Source of the DNA: Gordius albopunctatus
Lineage: Eukaryota
DNA: 64,000 nucleotides
NCBI GenBank assembly: GCA_964276515.1
Contig: OZ193909.1
Location: 16,244,001-16,308,000, forward strand
Direction: 5' to 3'
The stretch's first letter is position 1. Each line of letters opens with the position of its first letter. A program made the position numbers and the translations under genes. Under the pieces are notes generated by a model. The model had not been told where the DNA came from. It made no database searches and was given only the letters and a program-made list of their open reading frames with translations. Shown here one piece after another: positions 51,579-64,000 of the stretch.

Positions 51579-52524
51579 CTATTATATCAACAAAATAAAC
51601 ATACTTAAGACATGTCTACACTTTAAAAGGAGTTTATAATTTGATTCCATTAAAACACTATGCCTATCAGCAAGATTTTATCTGAAAAACTGAGCTTCTT
51701 TTACCATTAGCTCTAGCTCAGCCACAAGTTAAAGTGTGTATAATTTAAATTTGAAAAAAAACAACACCTAAACCGTAATAATTTTTTGTTTATATAAGCT
51801 AAAAGCGATGGAATTTTAAACTTCCAAATTTTTTTTGAACAATTACTTAATTTTTTATTAAATGGTATACAAAAAATTACATACACGACTAAAAAAAATA
51901 TAAAAACGTGCTATAACTAAACGGATGCCATTGATCCGTGTATGGATATCGTGTTGGATTTAACGATTTCCATTATGATCTTTTGCCTGATAAAAAAGTA
52001 CTCTTTCAAATCTAAGGAGACGCTGGAGATCGATTTTCCAATTTGTTTCAGGAGAAGTTAAAAAATTTAGAATGATTGTTTAAAGTAAATAATTTAAATA
52101 TATTTATTTAAGCATATTATATAAGTTGCCCTTCATTATTTATTATTGTTGCGTGCGTCAACACAATTGCTTTAGCTAGTCTTTAAAAACTAGCTGCATT
52201 TTATCATACATCTAAAATATAATCATTAAATAGTCTTCCTTTAAATTAAAACGCAGTATTTGTACATTTAACTTAATTAAGTTTATTTAATTGCATAGCA
52301 TGTTATGAACACATAATATAATTAACTCTAAAAGCATATTAAAAATAAATATATATAATTAATGACACACTTACAGCATATATCTGTTATATGTCTTTTG
52401 CTATTTATTATTTGTTATTAATGATGTCAACGGGTTAATTACTAAATATAGTAAACTTAAAATTGTGAAAATATATCCATTTAGAGCGCGAACAAAATTA
52501 TCTTTTACGGTGATTTGTGAAGAC

Positions 52525-52973
52525 AATAGACTAGATAGACTGCTCGTGCCATATGTAGCATATGGTTAATGGTTTGTCAAATTTTCCTCCATTTTGAAGA
52601 GTGCAACTGGTGTATTTTAACCCCATGTAATTTTGCCCTATAACAGTCAATTTACCTTCCTCACTAGTTTATAAATTAAAACGAACGTAAATAAATTAAT
52701 ATTATACAAAATATTGATGGCGCTATATTATTAAACAAACATTAATCGCATTTTTTACATTTTTATTTTTTATGTATTGTGTAAATGATATTTATTTTAA
52801 AATGCTGTTCTTGATATCTACCCAATTCAATATTTTTTATTTACCTTTTTAGATTATTTAATTTGCAAAAATTACTAATTTCTATATGATCACCACTTTA
52901 CCATGTTAACATCAAGATGGTGGAAAAAAGGGTACACAATTTATGAGTTGGTGGGCAGTCTATCTATTCTATG
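52525..52973. mobile_element. MITE with (C)ATAGACTAGATAGACTGC TIRs and 8-bp TSD (P- or hAT-type)
   Basis: TSD GTGAAGAC/ATGAAGAC. Partial copies at 22441-22732, 19390-20830 (reverse) and a terminus near 25000. Confidence 0.75.
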
Positions 52974-54306
52974 ATGAAGACTATTAAAAGCAAATATATA
53001 AAAAGTATATTTTGTGATATTTTAGAAAGATCGTAATTGATCCTTTTTAATATAAAACACTTTTGGCAAAATTATTTTACAAAAATTGATAAAATTTTTA
53101 ATAAGAATAATGCAAAAAACTTTTGGTTGTTATAGCTTTGTTGTATATTACTCATTCTTAAATCTGTTAAATTGCATTATATTATTCATCAATAAACACT
53201 AAAGACCAAAGCTAGGTTTATATAAGCAAAAGGGAGCCAGCATGTGCTTTTGAATTTATATATCATTGTTATGAGTTATTATATTATGTAAATCCGAAAA
53301 AAATTTTTAACTTAAGTTTAAAAAAACATAAACCAGTGAAGAGAAATTAAACGTAATACGATGACTACTTATTTTTATAATGTTAACACAGATTTTAAAA
53401 TACATATATGGATTCACAATTATTTTAGTCAATATACTACAAGGTGCGTTATTCATTATATATAATTGGAAATGTTTTTGGTAATTCTAATATTTAAATG
53501 GTTTAAAAATCCTAGTAGAAATTTGATTTTAGGGGAAAACGACATCGCGCTTGGCTAGCCAATATTAATAATTTTAAAGGATGATTATCAAGTAAAACGC
53601 TTTTAATTATATTTTAAATATAAATTATAAAATCATAAGTCTCGTTTTAAAATTGCTATTAGCAAATTAATAACGATTGATTTGTGTCTTAATATAAGCA
53701 TTTGGTTTACAAAATTGTGTTATAAAGTTTTTTGATGATTTTTAAAATTATGAAAACGATAAAATGTTAAATAGTTGAAAGGGTAGTTAAACTTACATCA
53801 TAATAATTGGAATGGTTTGATACTGGAAATAATTAGGACATTCATAAAAAGGAATCGATTTATGTACAACGTCGTTTAAACGATTTACTGACTATAGGTT
53901 CGTATTAGTTTTGTTGAAATAGTGTTGTCACTACTCTATTGATTATCCTACAAAACACGAAAGTGTATTTATTATTAATGTGTATATGTGTGTATAGAAT
54001 ATGGTAGTAGAGTGCTATCTGTATAATAATATTAAGACCAACACTTTAGCGCTCCGACTCTAAAGGGGATTTATTGAGTGCGGACCGCTTTGGCAAACAA
54101 TAGCGGCGAATCGAACGCAATCATCGCCTCTCTTAAATAGAGCACTTCCTCTTCATATCATTTAAGACCGACTTCCGCTAAAGCCTAACATCGCGACAGT
54201 GCATAGAAATTACTGTAAATTACTTTAAAACAGCGCGTTTTTATGTTATGAATGATTAGAAAAGTGCGCGTCATTATAGATCAAACGTCCACTTGGGGAT
54301 TGTATT

Positions 54307-54429
54307 CATGAGCGTAGGCAGGAAAAGGTCAGGGAGTGGCGGCTGCCCCTCTCTAATCCAAAAATTTGCTGAAATTTCATTATAAATCATTATTGCCCCC
54401 ATCTAATTCCAATGCTTTCTACGCCCATG
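54307..54429. mobile_element. Short hAT-type MITE
   Basis: CATGAGCGTAG...CTACGCCCATG with perfect TSD ATTGTATT. Confidence 0.88.
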
Positions 54430-54762
54430 ATTGTATTATAAACGATCTTTTGTGGCGTGGCAGAAATATTTTTGTCACATAATGAAAAGTTTTTATTTTG
54501 CTTCTATTTTAGGTTTTATTTTTATTTATAAAATATATTTCTACACGATTTTATTATTTCAGGGGAAAATCCACTATATTTTGTACGTTTCTTGAAATTT
54601 TTCTAAACTTTATATCACTTAAAAAAGATTTATTTGAGGACTATCTTCATGTTGTGCGGTTAGAATAGGCGTAAAATTTTGTTAAATCAAGATTAAATGA
54701 GACCTTTTGCTCAAGATTGCTACGTCAAATCGATGTAATCAAGATTAATTGATAATAGACTA

Positions 54763-55456
54763 TCCCAATGTGTTTTATAATTGAAAACTAACATAAATAA
54801 TCGCTTAATCATTTGTCAAAAAATCTTTTATACTTAAGTATTAATTCTACAATAAGCATTTATTTCATTATGGGGTGATATCGATTTTATTATATAGAAT
54901 GGATGTCCTGATAAAAATTTTAAAGCGATCACTAAAATTTTGATGTAAAGCAATTTATTTTATTAAGTTAATATCTTTTAAAATTGTATTAAGCATTAAA
55001 ACATTACTTAGGTCCAAAAAATGCTTTGTCGCAATAAATATTTGCTAATTTATAATAAAATTGCCTAAACAATTATTTAACTATATCTCCTAAATATCAA
55101 TCACTAGAGTCCCAATGTGTTTTATAATTGAAAACTAACATAAATAATCGCTTAATCATTTGTCAAAAAATCTTTTATACTTAAGTATTAATTCTACAAT
55201 AAGCATTTATTTCATTATGGGGTGATATCAATTTTATTATATAGAATGGATGTCCTGATAAAAATTTTAAAGCGATCACTAAAATTTTGATGTAAAGCAA
55301 TTTATTTTATTAAGTTAATATCTTTTAAAATTGTATTAAGCATTAAAACATTACTTAGGTCCAAAAAATGCTTTGTCGCAATAAATATTTGCTAATTTAT
55401 AATAAAATTGCCTAAAAAATTATTTAACTATATCTCCTAAATATCAATCACTAGAG
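54763..55456. repeat. Recent 347-bp tandem duplication
   Basis: 54763-55109 and 55110-55456 are nearly identical. Confidence 0.92.
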
Positions 55457-55654
55457 TTGTTAAATTGCTAACTTTCTTCGACTCCAGCTACCATCTGCTC
55501 GAGTTTCTGCTCGGTCCTCGAGCATTTCTATATGCTAATGTTCTACCTAGTGCACCAAACAGAGAGCACATATTGTGCTAACGCGCATATTAAGCAACTC
55601 AGTGTGCGTGCGCGCGTCTGGAGTTTAAAGAAAGTTAGCAATTTAACAACTCTA
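55452..55654. mobile_element. hAT MITE, 203 bp
   Basis: Perfect 27-bp TIR TAGAGTTGTTAAATTGCTAACTTTCTT and 8-bp TSD TCAATCAC. Confidence 0.95.
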
Positions 55655-55780
55655 TCAATCACATATATTTACGTTATATGTAACAATATATTTAATACCA
55701 ATTAATTGGTATTACCCGTAAAAATAATCTAAAAAATAGACTTTAACATAAAATGGTAAATATAAATATATACCTAAGTA

Positions 55781-56055
55781 CATAGGCATACGCAGGTTTT
55801 GAATTAGGGGGGGGGCAGATAGTTTTTAACAAAAAAACTTTTTACCAAAATTTTCCTGAGAGCAAAAAAAGGTCTCCACGTCAAATTTTTTTTAGCAATG
55901 CCTAATTAGGGAGGGCAGTGAATAATCAGGGGGGGGGGCAAAACATAATTTTTTTTTAATTTTTCTTTAATTTTTAAAGGTTTTTGTATTGAAAAATGTT
56001 TTTTTTAAATTAGGGGGGAGGGGCAGCCGCCCCCCCCCTCCTGCGTACGCCCATG
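55781..56055. mobile_element. hAT-type MITE
   Basis: CATAGGCATACGCAGG...CCTGCGTACGCCCATG, TSD CCTAAGTA/ACTAAGTA. Confidence 0.85.
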
Positions 56056-56589
56056 ACTAAGTATGATTTTGTTCAATCCCCTAAAAATGTTCTTTTAAAG
56101 TTATACCCATAAATTGCATAGCAAATAATAATACGAAAAAAAAATATGTAATATATAATCAAGATTATTATTTACAAAATGTAGCGTTTGGTAGAAACAA
56201 AAAAATCAATAAATATACTATGTATGTAGTAATGTTTGAACTAAAATTAAAAATAAGGTTTTCTAGGAGCTTTAAAAGAAACCCTTTTCGATATATGACC
56301 CATTTACATTGTGACACAAATAAATTGTATATGAAGGTGCAATTAGTGGAGAAAAGGGGTCGAGAGCTTTGATGTCATATTTCTATTGTCAATAGTCGAA
56401 CTCAAATTGGCTGATAGACCCTAATTAAATTGAAATATGAAAGGACTCTATTTTAGTAAATAAGTTATAAAAAAATTATTTTAAAAGATATTTTTGCCTT
56501 CCAGTGCGTTCAAACGTTTTTTAACGTTGCCAAAGATTGTGTTCAGACATTAAATGCTAAAATATGAGAATGTTCCGAATTTGGCCGAC

Positions 56590-58616
56590 TAGACATGCCA
56601 ATATATTTACATATCCCTGACCCATCCAGGCAAATTGAGTTGTGGCCTAGCCCATACTTGCCCAATTATATTTTTTGGCCCGCACTTTGTCCGCAGATAA
56701 CACCTTAAATGCCCCTCGATCCGCACTCATTAAAAACAAACCCACAATAAGACGACATTATTTAAAAACTATATAAAAATGTAATAATATGGTTGCTTTT
56801 ATAATATGTAACTAAAATAGGGCTTAAAAATATGATTAACTTATAAAATTATAATTTTATTCAGTATTTTAACAAATTCAGTATCGATTTCATAGGATTT
56901 AATCTTATCTTCTCTCTTTCATAAAACCGTGTGCATGGCTCAAGAGCGCTCAAAGTGGCGCTGGAAACAGGAATCAAAAAAAACTTTAATTCTTAATTTA
57001 AATAAATTTGGCAGTAATGGTTAAGATATTCGATTCGGATTCGATTTTTTCCCAAAAAAATATTCGATTCGAGATTCGTCGTATATTGAAATTAAGATAA
57101 GTGTTCGAAATCGATTCGAATATATATTAAGTTTTTTTTATTATAAATTAACACATTAAAAAGGCTACTGTGATTCTTAATTTGCATAAACATTTGAAAT
57201 TTTTTGAAAGATATTAATATTAATAAAAATGAAAATATTAAAGGCGAACAAAAACTATGGCGATATGTGTAAAACAATCAAGAAACGTTTTTGGCCAACT
57301 TTTAAGGCAAATTATCTTCCTAACATTTTTTCCGTCAATAAATTGGTTCCGGTTGAAAATAATCCTTTCGACGGGGTAAATAATCCAGGTATAGAGAGAA
57401 AATTTTATGCCAATTTTTGCGTGGCTGGGAAACGAATTTGATTCGATTTCCACCATGTAAAGGCTCAACTGGAGGCCGCACGTGGTTTGTGCAAAAATGT
57501 CTCCAATGAAGACTTCGCCTCCGCTTTTAATTGACGATCTAGTGTTGATACCTCGCTAGTTGATTCAAATCGGGCTGACTTCATATAGCAGTTTCGAAGT
57601 CATCTTTAATATGCCATGTATTGGTGATAAACACTCAAAATTTGAGCCTTAAATCGACGACACTCGCTAATAAGACTATCTTCTTATTGAATGCAATATA
57701 TCTTCTATTTTCTGGTTGGCTGACAGCATGCTCTTCTATGCCTGGTTGATAATATACCGTTCATTGTGGGATTTGCCTCCCCCCCGGATATTAAATTAGT
57801 TGCACTGTAAAGGGGAAAAAGTATGAATTTAACCTTTCAATTAGTTCTCATTCAATGTTGGATAGTAATTCTTTTAAGAGGAATTTAAAGGCCAAACCCA
57901 ATGCCTGCCTCACTAAAATAGACTCTTCTATCATTATATAGGTGCCGTTCTACCTGACTACTATGTTCAGTTTCGCCTTTACGTAATTAATTAATGGGTT
58001 AAAATTCTGTATTTTTACATATAGCCTTTAATAGTGAAATATATATGGGCTGTCTTGCAATTTTTATAAAAGTCCATAATTTAATTAAATTGTGATCCAC
58101 GTTCCCCATATGTAAATTTGAAAAATTTTAAATTAAACTTTTTCAAATCGTAGCAGGAAAAATAACTAAAATGCGGTAAGATAAAAACAGTTAAATATTT
58201 GAGTGTCGTCTATTTAAATTAAAATTTAAAAAAAATTTGATTTTTTCAAGGATTCGATTCGGATTTTAGAATCCTAGCAGCGTAAATATTTGATTCAAAC
58301 TTACACATATGGATTCGAATTCGCGAATTTGAATCAAATCTCGAATCGAATCTCGAATATTTCCCACAAGCGTATTTTAAATCGATTAGTTCGTAAATAT
58401 GTTTAAGTTAATAAATATCAAAGTTTTGATTATAATCCTTAATAAATTAATTCCTTTCTTATAATTAAAATCATAGATCTTTCCTATAATAAACTTAATT
58501 TCTTTTGACATTAAACTACAATGTGTTTGCATTTAAATAATTTACCTAGGCCCAAGCCCGGTCAGCACTTTTTATTTAACACTTTTTTAGGATCACCCAC
58601 TTCATGTAGACCTCTA
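56590..58616 (-). mobile_element. Old degraded hAT region (left boundary uncertain)
   Basis: Right terminus CATGTAGACCTCTA matches the 19481-20666 family; IPVSSAT-like remnant near 56950; ATTCG repeat clusters at about 57030-57120 and 58250-58360. Confidence 0.45.
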
Positions 58617-59269
58617 TTAAAGATGGGAGTTAAAAAATTTACTTGTCAACAAAAAACAATTGAGGAGCACGTAAAAGAATTATCAATATATTTTTCGTTC
58701 ATTTCCTTCCTATAGATCAATTTTTAAAATGATTGGGGGCAAAGTAAGGAAATAAATGTTTTTGCGCCTTTTTTAAGGATGCATATACTGCAAAAACAAA
58801 TTAATTAAATTCGAAAATAAACCATCAGTTGTTAAACCACTTGGGACTCAAACTTTAAAAAAACTTGCTCTCTTAGTCTTAATTGTTGCTTTCTTAAAAA
58901 ACATACACTTACTGCCTGTATTCCATTTTGCAAAGCCACGTTAATTTGCTATACCTCGCTTCCCTATCCCATTGGGATTGGCATATATACAATTATGGTA
59001 ACACATTGCACTGGCTGTGTCGTGGGAATTGTGTAGTGATAGTGAAGATACGACAACTAATTACGTAACATAAAAACTAATTTTTGCACCCACTTCCTCA
59101 ATTTGAAGATTAAGCTATACTCTTTATTTATATGCCTTTTAACCAATGGATTGAAGGGAGAGTGAATACTTTATTTGCGCAAATTCGCAATCTAAAATAT
59201 TTGGAATAAATTAGTTTGCGATATAAATCAAAAACTATAACAAATTGTTTTTTAAGGTTTAACCCCAAT

Positions 59270-61460
59270 AACACTACCTACGACGGTCCCATGTCCTTGT
59301 GTAAAAGGTGGAGGGTTGGCGTCAGGGCGGAAACCTGCTTTAAAAACCACTTAAAAATCATATAGTTTCAATAAAATTTTGCTACAGGAAGCTAGAGCGT
59401 CCTCCACTAATGACGTGCACTGCATCTTCGCGGCAATCATACATACATACATACATATCTCGCCCGTGCGATGTAAAAAATACACTAGGGTGCCTGAATC
59501 ACTTATAAGGCTGTTTAGAAATTTAGCTGTAAATAAAATGCGAATAACGTGCTAGAATGTAGGCACGTTGACAAGAAAGAGCATTGAGATCTCACAGATG
59601 TTAGAAAAAATGTACACATACTGTCTATAAGATATGAGGTGGAATTAAACGAAGGCTCGGGAGTTGTGAGAGTACAAGATATTCTAAAGTGGGTATCGTA
59701 GAAACGAGCTGGGTATCGTTCTAAACAAATCGTTCAAGGATGAGGTGGTGGAAGTCAAGCGGTGTTGATACGGGTTTATGTGGGTAAAAATGGCATATTA
59801 AGGAAGCCTCCTAAACATTTGTGCGTGTATGCTTCCCAAACTCGGTGTATGAAATCAGAAAAAGACATATTCTTCTATAAATTGGAAAAAGAAATACATG
59901 GAATAGGGCAGGAAGAAAGGCTAATTATATTGGAGCGGATTTCACGACGTAGGGAAAGATCGCCTCGGTATAAACGCAATCATCGAGGCTATGAGAAAAT
60001 TTTTAAAAACAAAGAAAATAAAAAAACTTCTTCAAATATCACAAGGCTACGACATGCCGATCGTTAACTCCTGTTTCCAAAAACGCGAAACTTAAAAGAG
60101 TGGGAAGCATTCAATTAAAATGACTAACTGCTCCTACGGCGAAACGATTTATGGGGGTCAAATTTAGAGAAATACCGGGAGAGATTGCTAGGCAATATCG
60201 TCCACTAGTTATGGATCTTGAAAGAAAAATATTTCCGGAAAGAAGAAAAGTTTATGAACCTTGAATTCGATATGAAAAAATCCGCTGACGAACGATAAAC
60301 ACCCTCAGAAAGCCTCCACACTCTTAGATACAAGGACGTTGGAAAAGAACGTAAACGACGATTGGGAAACGCTAACTGCAGACAAAAAGGAAACGGCAAT
60401 TCAGAGGCTAGGACAACCCAAAGGAGGTTAAGCTTTGATTAGAAAATTCTGGTGCTCGAATCAATCGGTCTGGGGTTTTATTTAAAGAAAAACTTCTCTA
60501 TAGATGGTAGCATAAATCAAAAAAGTGAGAAAAGTATCAAGAATATCGAGATACAAAGAGAACAGAGAAGAAGACCGATACAATAGTTAAGAATGCTGCG
60601 TCACTGAGAAGGCAAATAGACTCGATCATAAAGGGAACGACAGGCTATGAACACATTGATCAAGAGAAGGGAAAAGAAAAGCCGCGATGTCGGAGTCCTT
60701 AAAATAGTCGTAAACAAGAAGGGTCAAACCTTATTTAAGCCGAAGGAAGCGATGGAAAGGATATTTTGAACAACTTATGAGTAATGCAAATTACAAAGAT
60801 TATCTTCCCGATATTGGTCCAAACATAAGTATAATCAACTCTTTCAGGGTGATGAAGCTAGGACACATCTGATTAAGATGCAAAAAGGGAAATCTAATGG
60901 TCCAGATGATATTTCAAAGGAAACATGGGTCGTTTACCGTGAAGAAGGAGACACGACCATCACGAACCTCATTAACAAAATATTGGTAAAAAGAGCTAAT
61001 TTTAACCAATGAAGAGCAAGTATATACCCTTATTCAAAGACAGAGGACCCTCAGGAATGTGGAAATTACAGAGGTATCATGCTATTTACCATTTCTTAAA
61101 ACTTGAGGAAATTATCTTAGTAACAAGGCTGAAAAACCTCGTGGAAATATCAAATAACAAGTTAGGATTTGTACCCGGCAAATCCACACACGACCAGATC
61201 TTACCTCTAAAAAAATTATGGATGAATATGGGAAAAGAGAAGAAACCTACATATGGTCTTTATCGACTCGGAAAAAGCTCGTGACGCGTTCCCTCACAAT
61301 ATATTATGGTGGTGCTTGAGAAAACAAAATTTTCTAACTCATATGTACGCTCAAGGAATATATTTTTGAAAGATCAATTTCTTGCGAACAATAGGGACTC
61401 TAAACCTTTTCAGTTTGCCATCAGAATACATCAAGGATCTGCTCTAAGTCCATATTTATT
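59270..61460 (+). mobile_element. Heavily degenerate RTE LINE, truncated at a Helentron-like insertion
   Basis: RTE-type 5' UTR GGAGGGTTGGCGTCAGGGC..AAACC; fragments WLECRHVD/NVGTLT, VYASQT, GPDDI, CGNYRG, GFVPGKST, FIDSEKA and IHQGSALSPYL. Confidence 0.8.
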
Positions 61461-64000
61461 AATTTCTATGCAATTTATGGGCTCACTTTCCATTTGTTTA
61501 TGTCACGCTGTTCGTGTCACGCACCGAATGTCACGTCACGCTGTTCGAGTCACGCACCGAATGTCACGTTGTTTATTTTTTGTTCGTATTAATTTAACAA
61601 TCCCGGAGATGCCAAATTTTTTTTAATTGCTATGCAATTTATGGGCTCGTTTTTTGTTGTCCGTCCGTCATCCGTCCGTCCGTCCGTCGTCCTCCAAGTT
61701 ATTTACACCAGCTTCCCGACTTGCAAGGTTGGGGATAGAGACCCGGAGAGGACAAAATTTTTTTATTTTTTTTTAAATTAAATTAATATTTTATTCTTGT
61801 TAATGCCATTGATAATATGACTTTTTGACCGTCCGCAGGCTACCTACTGACCAATGGAAAAAATGACCACTGGCCGAATAAATCGAAATTTTTAATTTTT
61901 CGTTTTTGAATAGTTTAACATTGATAATTACCCTATGCCCTCCCCTACAAGGGCCTATGCCTCTATTGATATGGTTCCCTGTTCCCCTCCAAAGGCTTAT
62001 GCCTCTATTTAATGTGGGTTTGAATCCCGGCGAACGTTCTAAATTTATGGATCGAGACCCGGAGAGGACAAAAATTTTTATTTTTTTTTAAATTAAATTA
62101 ATATTTTGTTCTTGTTAATACCATTGATAATATAACTTTTTGACCGTCCGCAGACTACTGACCAATGAAAAAATGACCATTGGCCAAATAAATCCAAATT
62201 TTTCGTTTTTCGTTTTTGAATAGTTTAACATTGAAAATTACCCTATGCCCTCCCCTACAAGGGCCTATGCCTCTATTGATATGGTTCCCTGTTCCCCTCC
62301 AAAGGCTTATGCCTCTATTTAATGTGGGTTTGAATCCCGGAAAATGTTTTAAATTGCTGGTTCGAGACCCGGAGAGGACAAAGAATTTTATTTTTTTTAA
62401 ATTAAATGAATATATTGTTCTTGTTAATTCCATTGATAAAATAAATTTTTGACCGTGTACTGGCTACTGACCATTGGAAAAAATGACCATTGGCCAAATT
62501 TTGTTCGAAATTTTTTTTTCGTTTTTCAATTGGTATATTAATTGCTATGCAATTTTTATGATTGTTCCTGTTATTGCTATTATAAATTTTTGGCCGTCTG
62601 CTGGCTGCTGACCGATGGGAAAAATGACCATTGGCCAAATTGTGAATCGAAATTTTTTTCCCGTTTTTTTGACTCTTATGATTGTTCCTGTTAATACCAT
62701 TGATAATATGACTTTTTGACCGTCCGCAGACTACTGACCAATTAAAAAAATGACCATTGGCCAAAGTAAGCATCAAAAAATTTTTTCCGTTTTTTTTGGC
62801 TATCATTGACTTATAGAGTATCTGTTGGTACTGACCAATGGAAAAAAATGACTATTGGCCAAAATGTGAATCGAAATTTTTTTATTTTTTTTTGACTCGT
62901 ATGTATTTATAGACCATCTCTGGGTACTGAACAATGGAAAAAAATAACCATTGGCCAAAATGTGAATCGAAATTTTTTTTTGTTTTTTTTTGACTCGCAT
63001 GTATTTATACCCCATCTCTGGGTACTGACCAATGGAAAAAATGACCATTGGCCAATTTTAGTTTTTTTTGAATCGTATGTATTTATAGACCGTTGTAATG
63101 ATCTGAAACGTCGACATTCCCCCCCCCAGAGATGCATCCAGATTTTAAGGATTTGAAAGATTACGAAGCATCTACTACAATTGCTTGGGTCACCAAAATG
63201 TTTTTAGACCAAAAAATTTGCGGTTCACCCAAAATTCGTTAAAGAATCAGAGAAGTATTATGCTGCACAAACTGAATCCCTCAATTTTTGTTAAATTATC
63301 TATAATATATTCATTTTCTATTATTGTTTCATTTTATTATATAATAAACATAAAACACAACTTTATTATTTCATTATCTATATAAATAACATAAAAAATT
63401 CTACAATTTTAATACCAGCATTGTATGAGTGATTATAGCGAACAGTTTACTGACTCACAGGTTGGGTCGAGACCCGGAGAGAACAAATTTTTTTATTTTT
63501 TTAAAATTAAATTAATATTATGTTCTTGTTAATACCATGGATAATATGACTTTTTGACCGTCCGCAGGCTACTGACCAATGAAAAAATGAACATTGGCCA
63601 AATAAATCCAAATTTTTTGTTTTTCGTTTTTGAATAGGTTAAAATTGATAATTACCCTATGCCCTCCCCTACAAGGGCCTATGCCTCTATTTTTTTTAAT
63701 TAAATTAATATTTGTTCTTGTTAATACCATTGATAATATGACTTTTTTAAATTAAATTTTAATATTTATTGTTCTTGTTAATACCATTGATACTATGACT
63801 TTTTGACCTTCCGCTGGCTACTTACCAATGAAAAAAAGTACCATTGGCCAAATTGTGATCGAAATTTCTTTTTCGTTTTTTTTAACTCATATGTATTTAT
63901 AGACCGTCTCTTGATACTGACCAATAAAAAAATGAGGCCATATTATTTTTAAGTAAAGGCTCAAATTTCAAAATGCTTCTCCCAAAATCATTATAAAATA
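61460..64000 (+). repeat. Helentron/DINE-like elements with an expanded internal tandem-repeat array running off the window
   Basis: subTIRs at about 61463 and 61625, (GTCC)n, and many copies of CTGACCAATG(G)AAAAAATGACCATTGGCCAAA in ~120- and ~300-bp units. Confidence 0.85.

Noticed and set aside
54044..54120. HDV-like ribozyme on the plus strand (GGCGAAUCG after a P4-like hairpin)
   Set aside because: No P3/L3 with the CC needed for P1.1, and only weak P1/P2.

Overview
AT-rich eukaryotic (invertebrate-like metazoan) genomic DNA, densely covered by nested transposable elements. There are two clear intron-containing host genes: NTHL1/endonuclease III-like (+, ~25.4-29.75 kb) and a BAIAP3/Munc13-4 (unc-13-4) family gene (-, 39.07 to >51.6 kb). 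There is also a two-exon 79-aa THAP-only ORF (+, 21.5-21.8 kb) that the ORF track misses. Mobile elements include an apparently intact Ty3/Gypsy element with 200-bp LTRs that look identical by eye, Helitrons, Helentron/DINE-like non-autonomous elements, piggyBac, several hAT derivatives and MITEs, a full-length RTE LINE interrupted by a CRE-like LINE that is itself interrupted by a Helentron-like element, and a Penelope GIY-YIG remnant. The most notable non-coding signal is a complete type I hammerhead ribozyme core with a minimal palindromic helix III. It sits at the tip of a long hairpin inside a 367-bp terminally redundant unit (retrozyme/Penelope pLTR-like). A second is a pseudoknot-like structure starting exactly at the RTE 5' boundary. 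All calls are by eye; no searches or folding programs were run.
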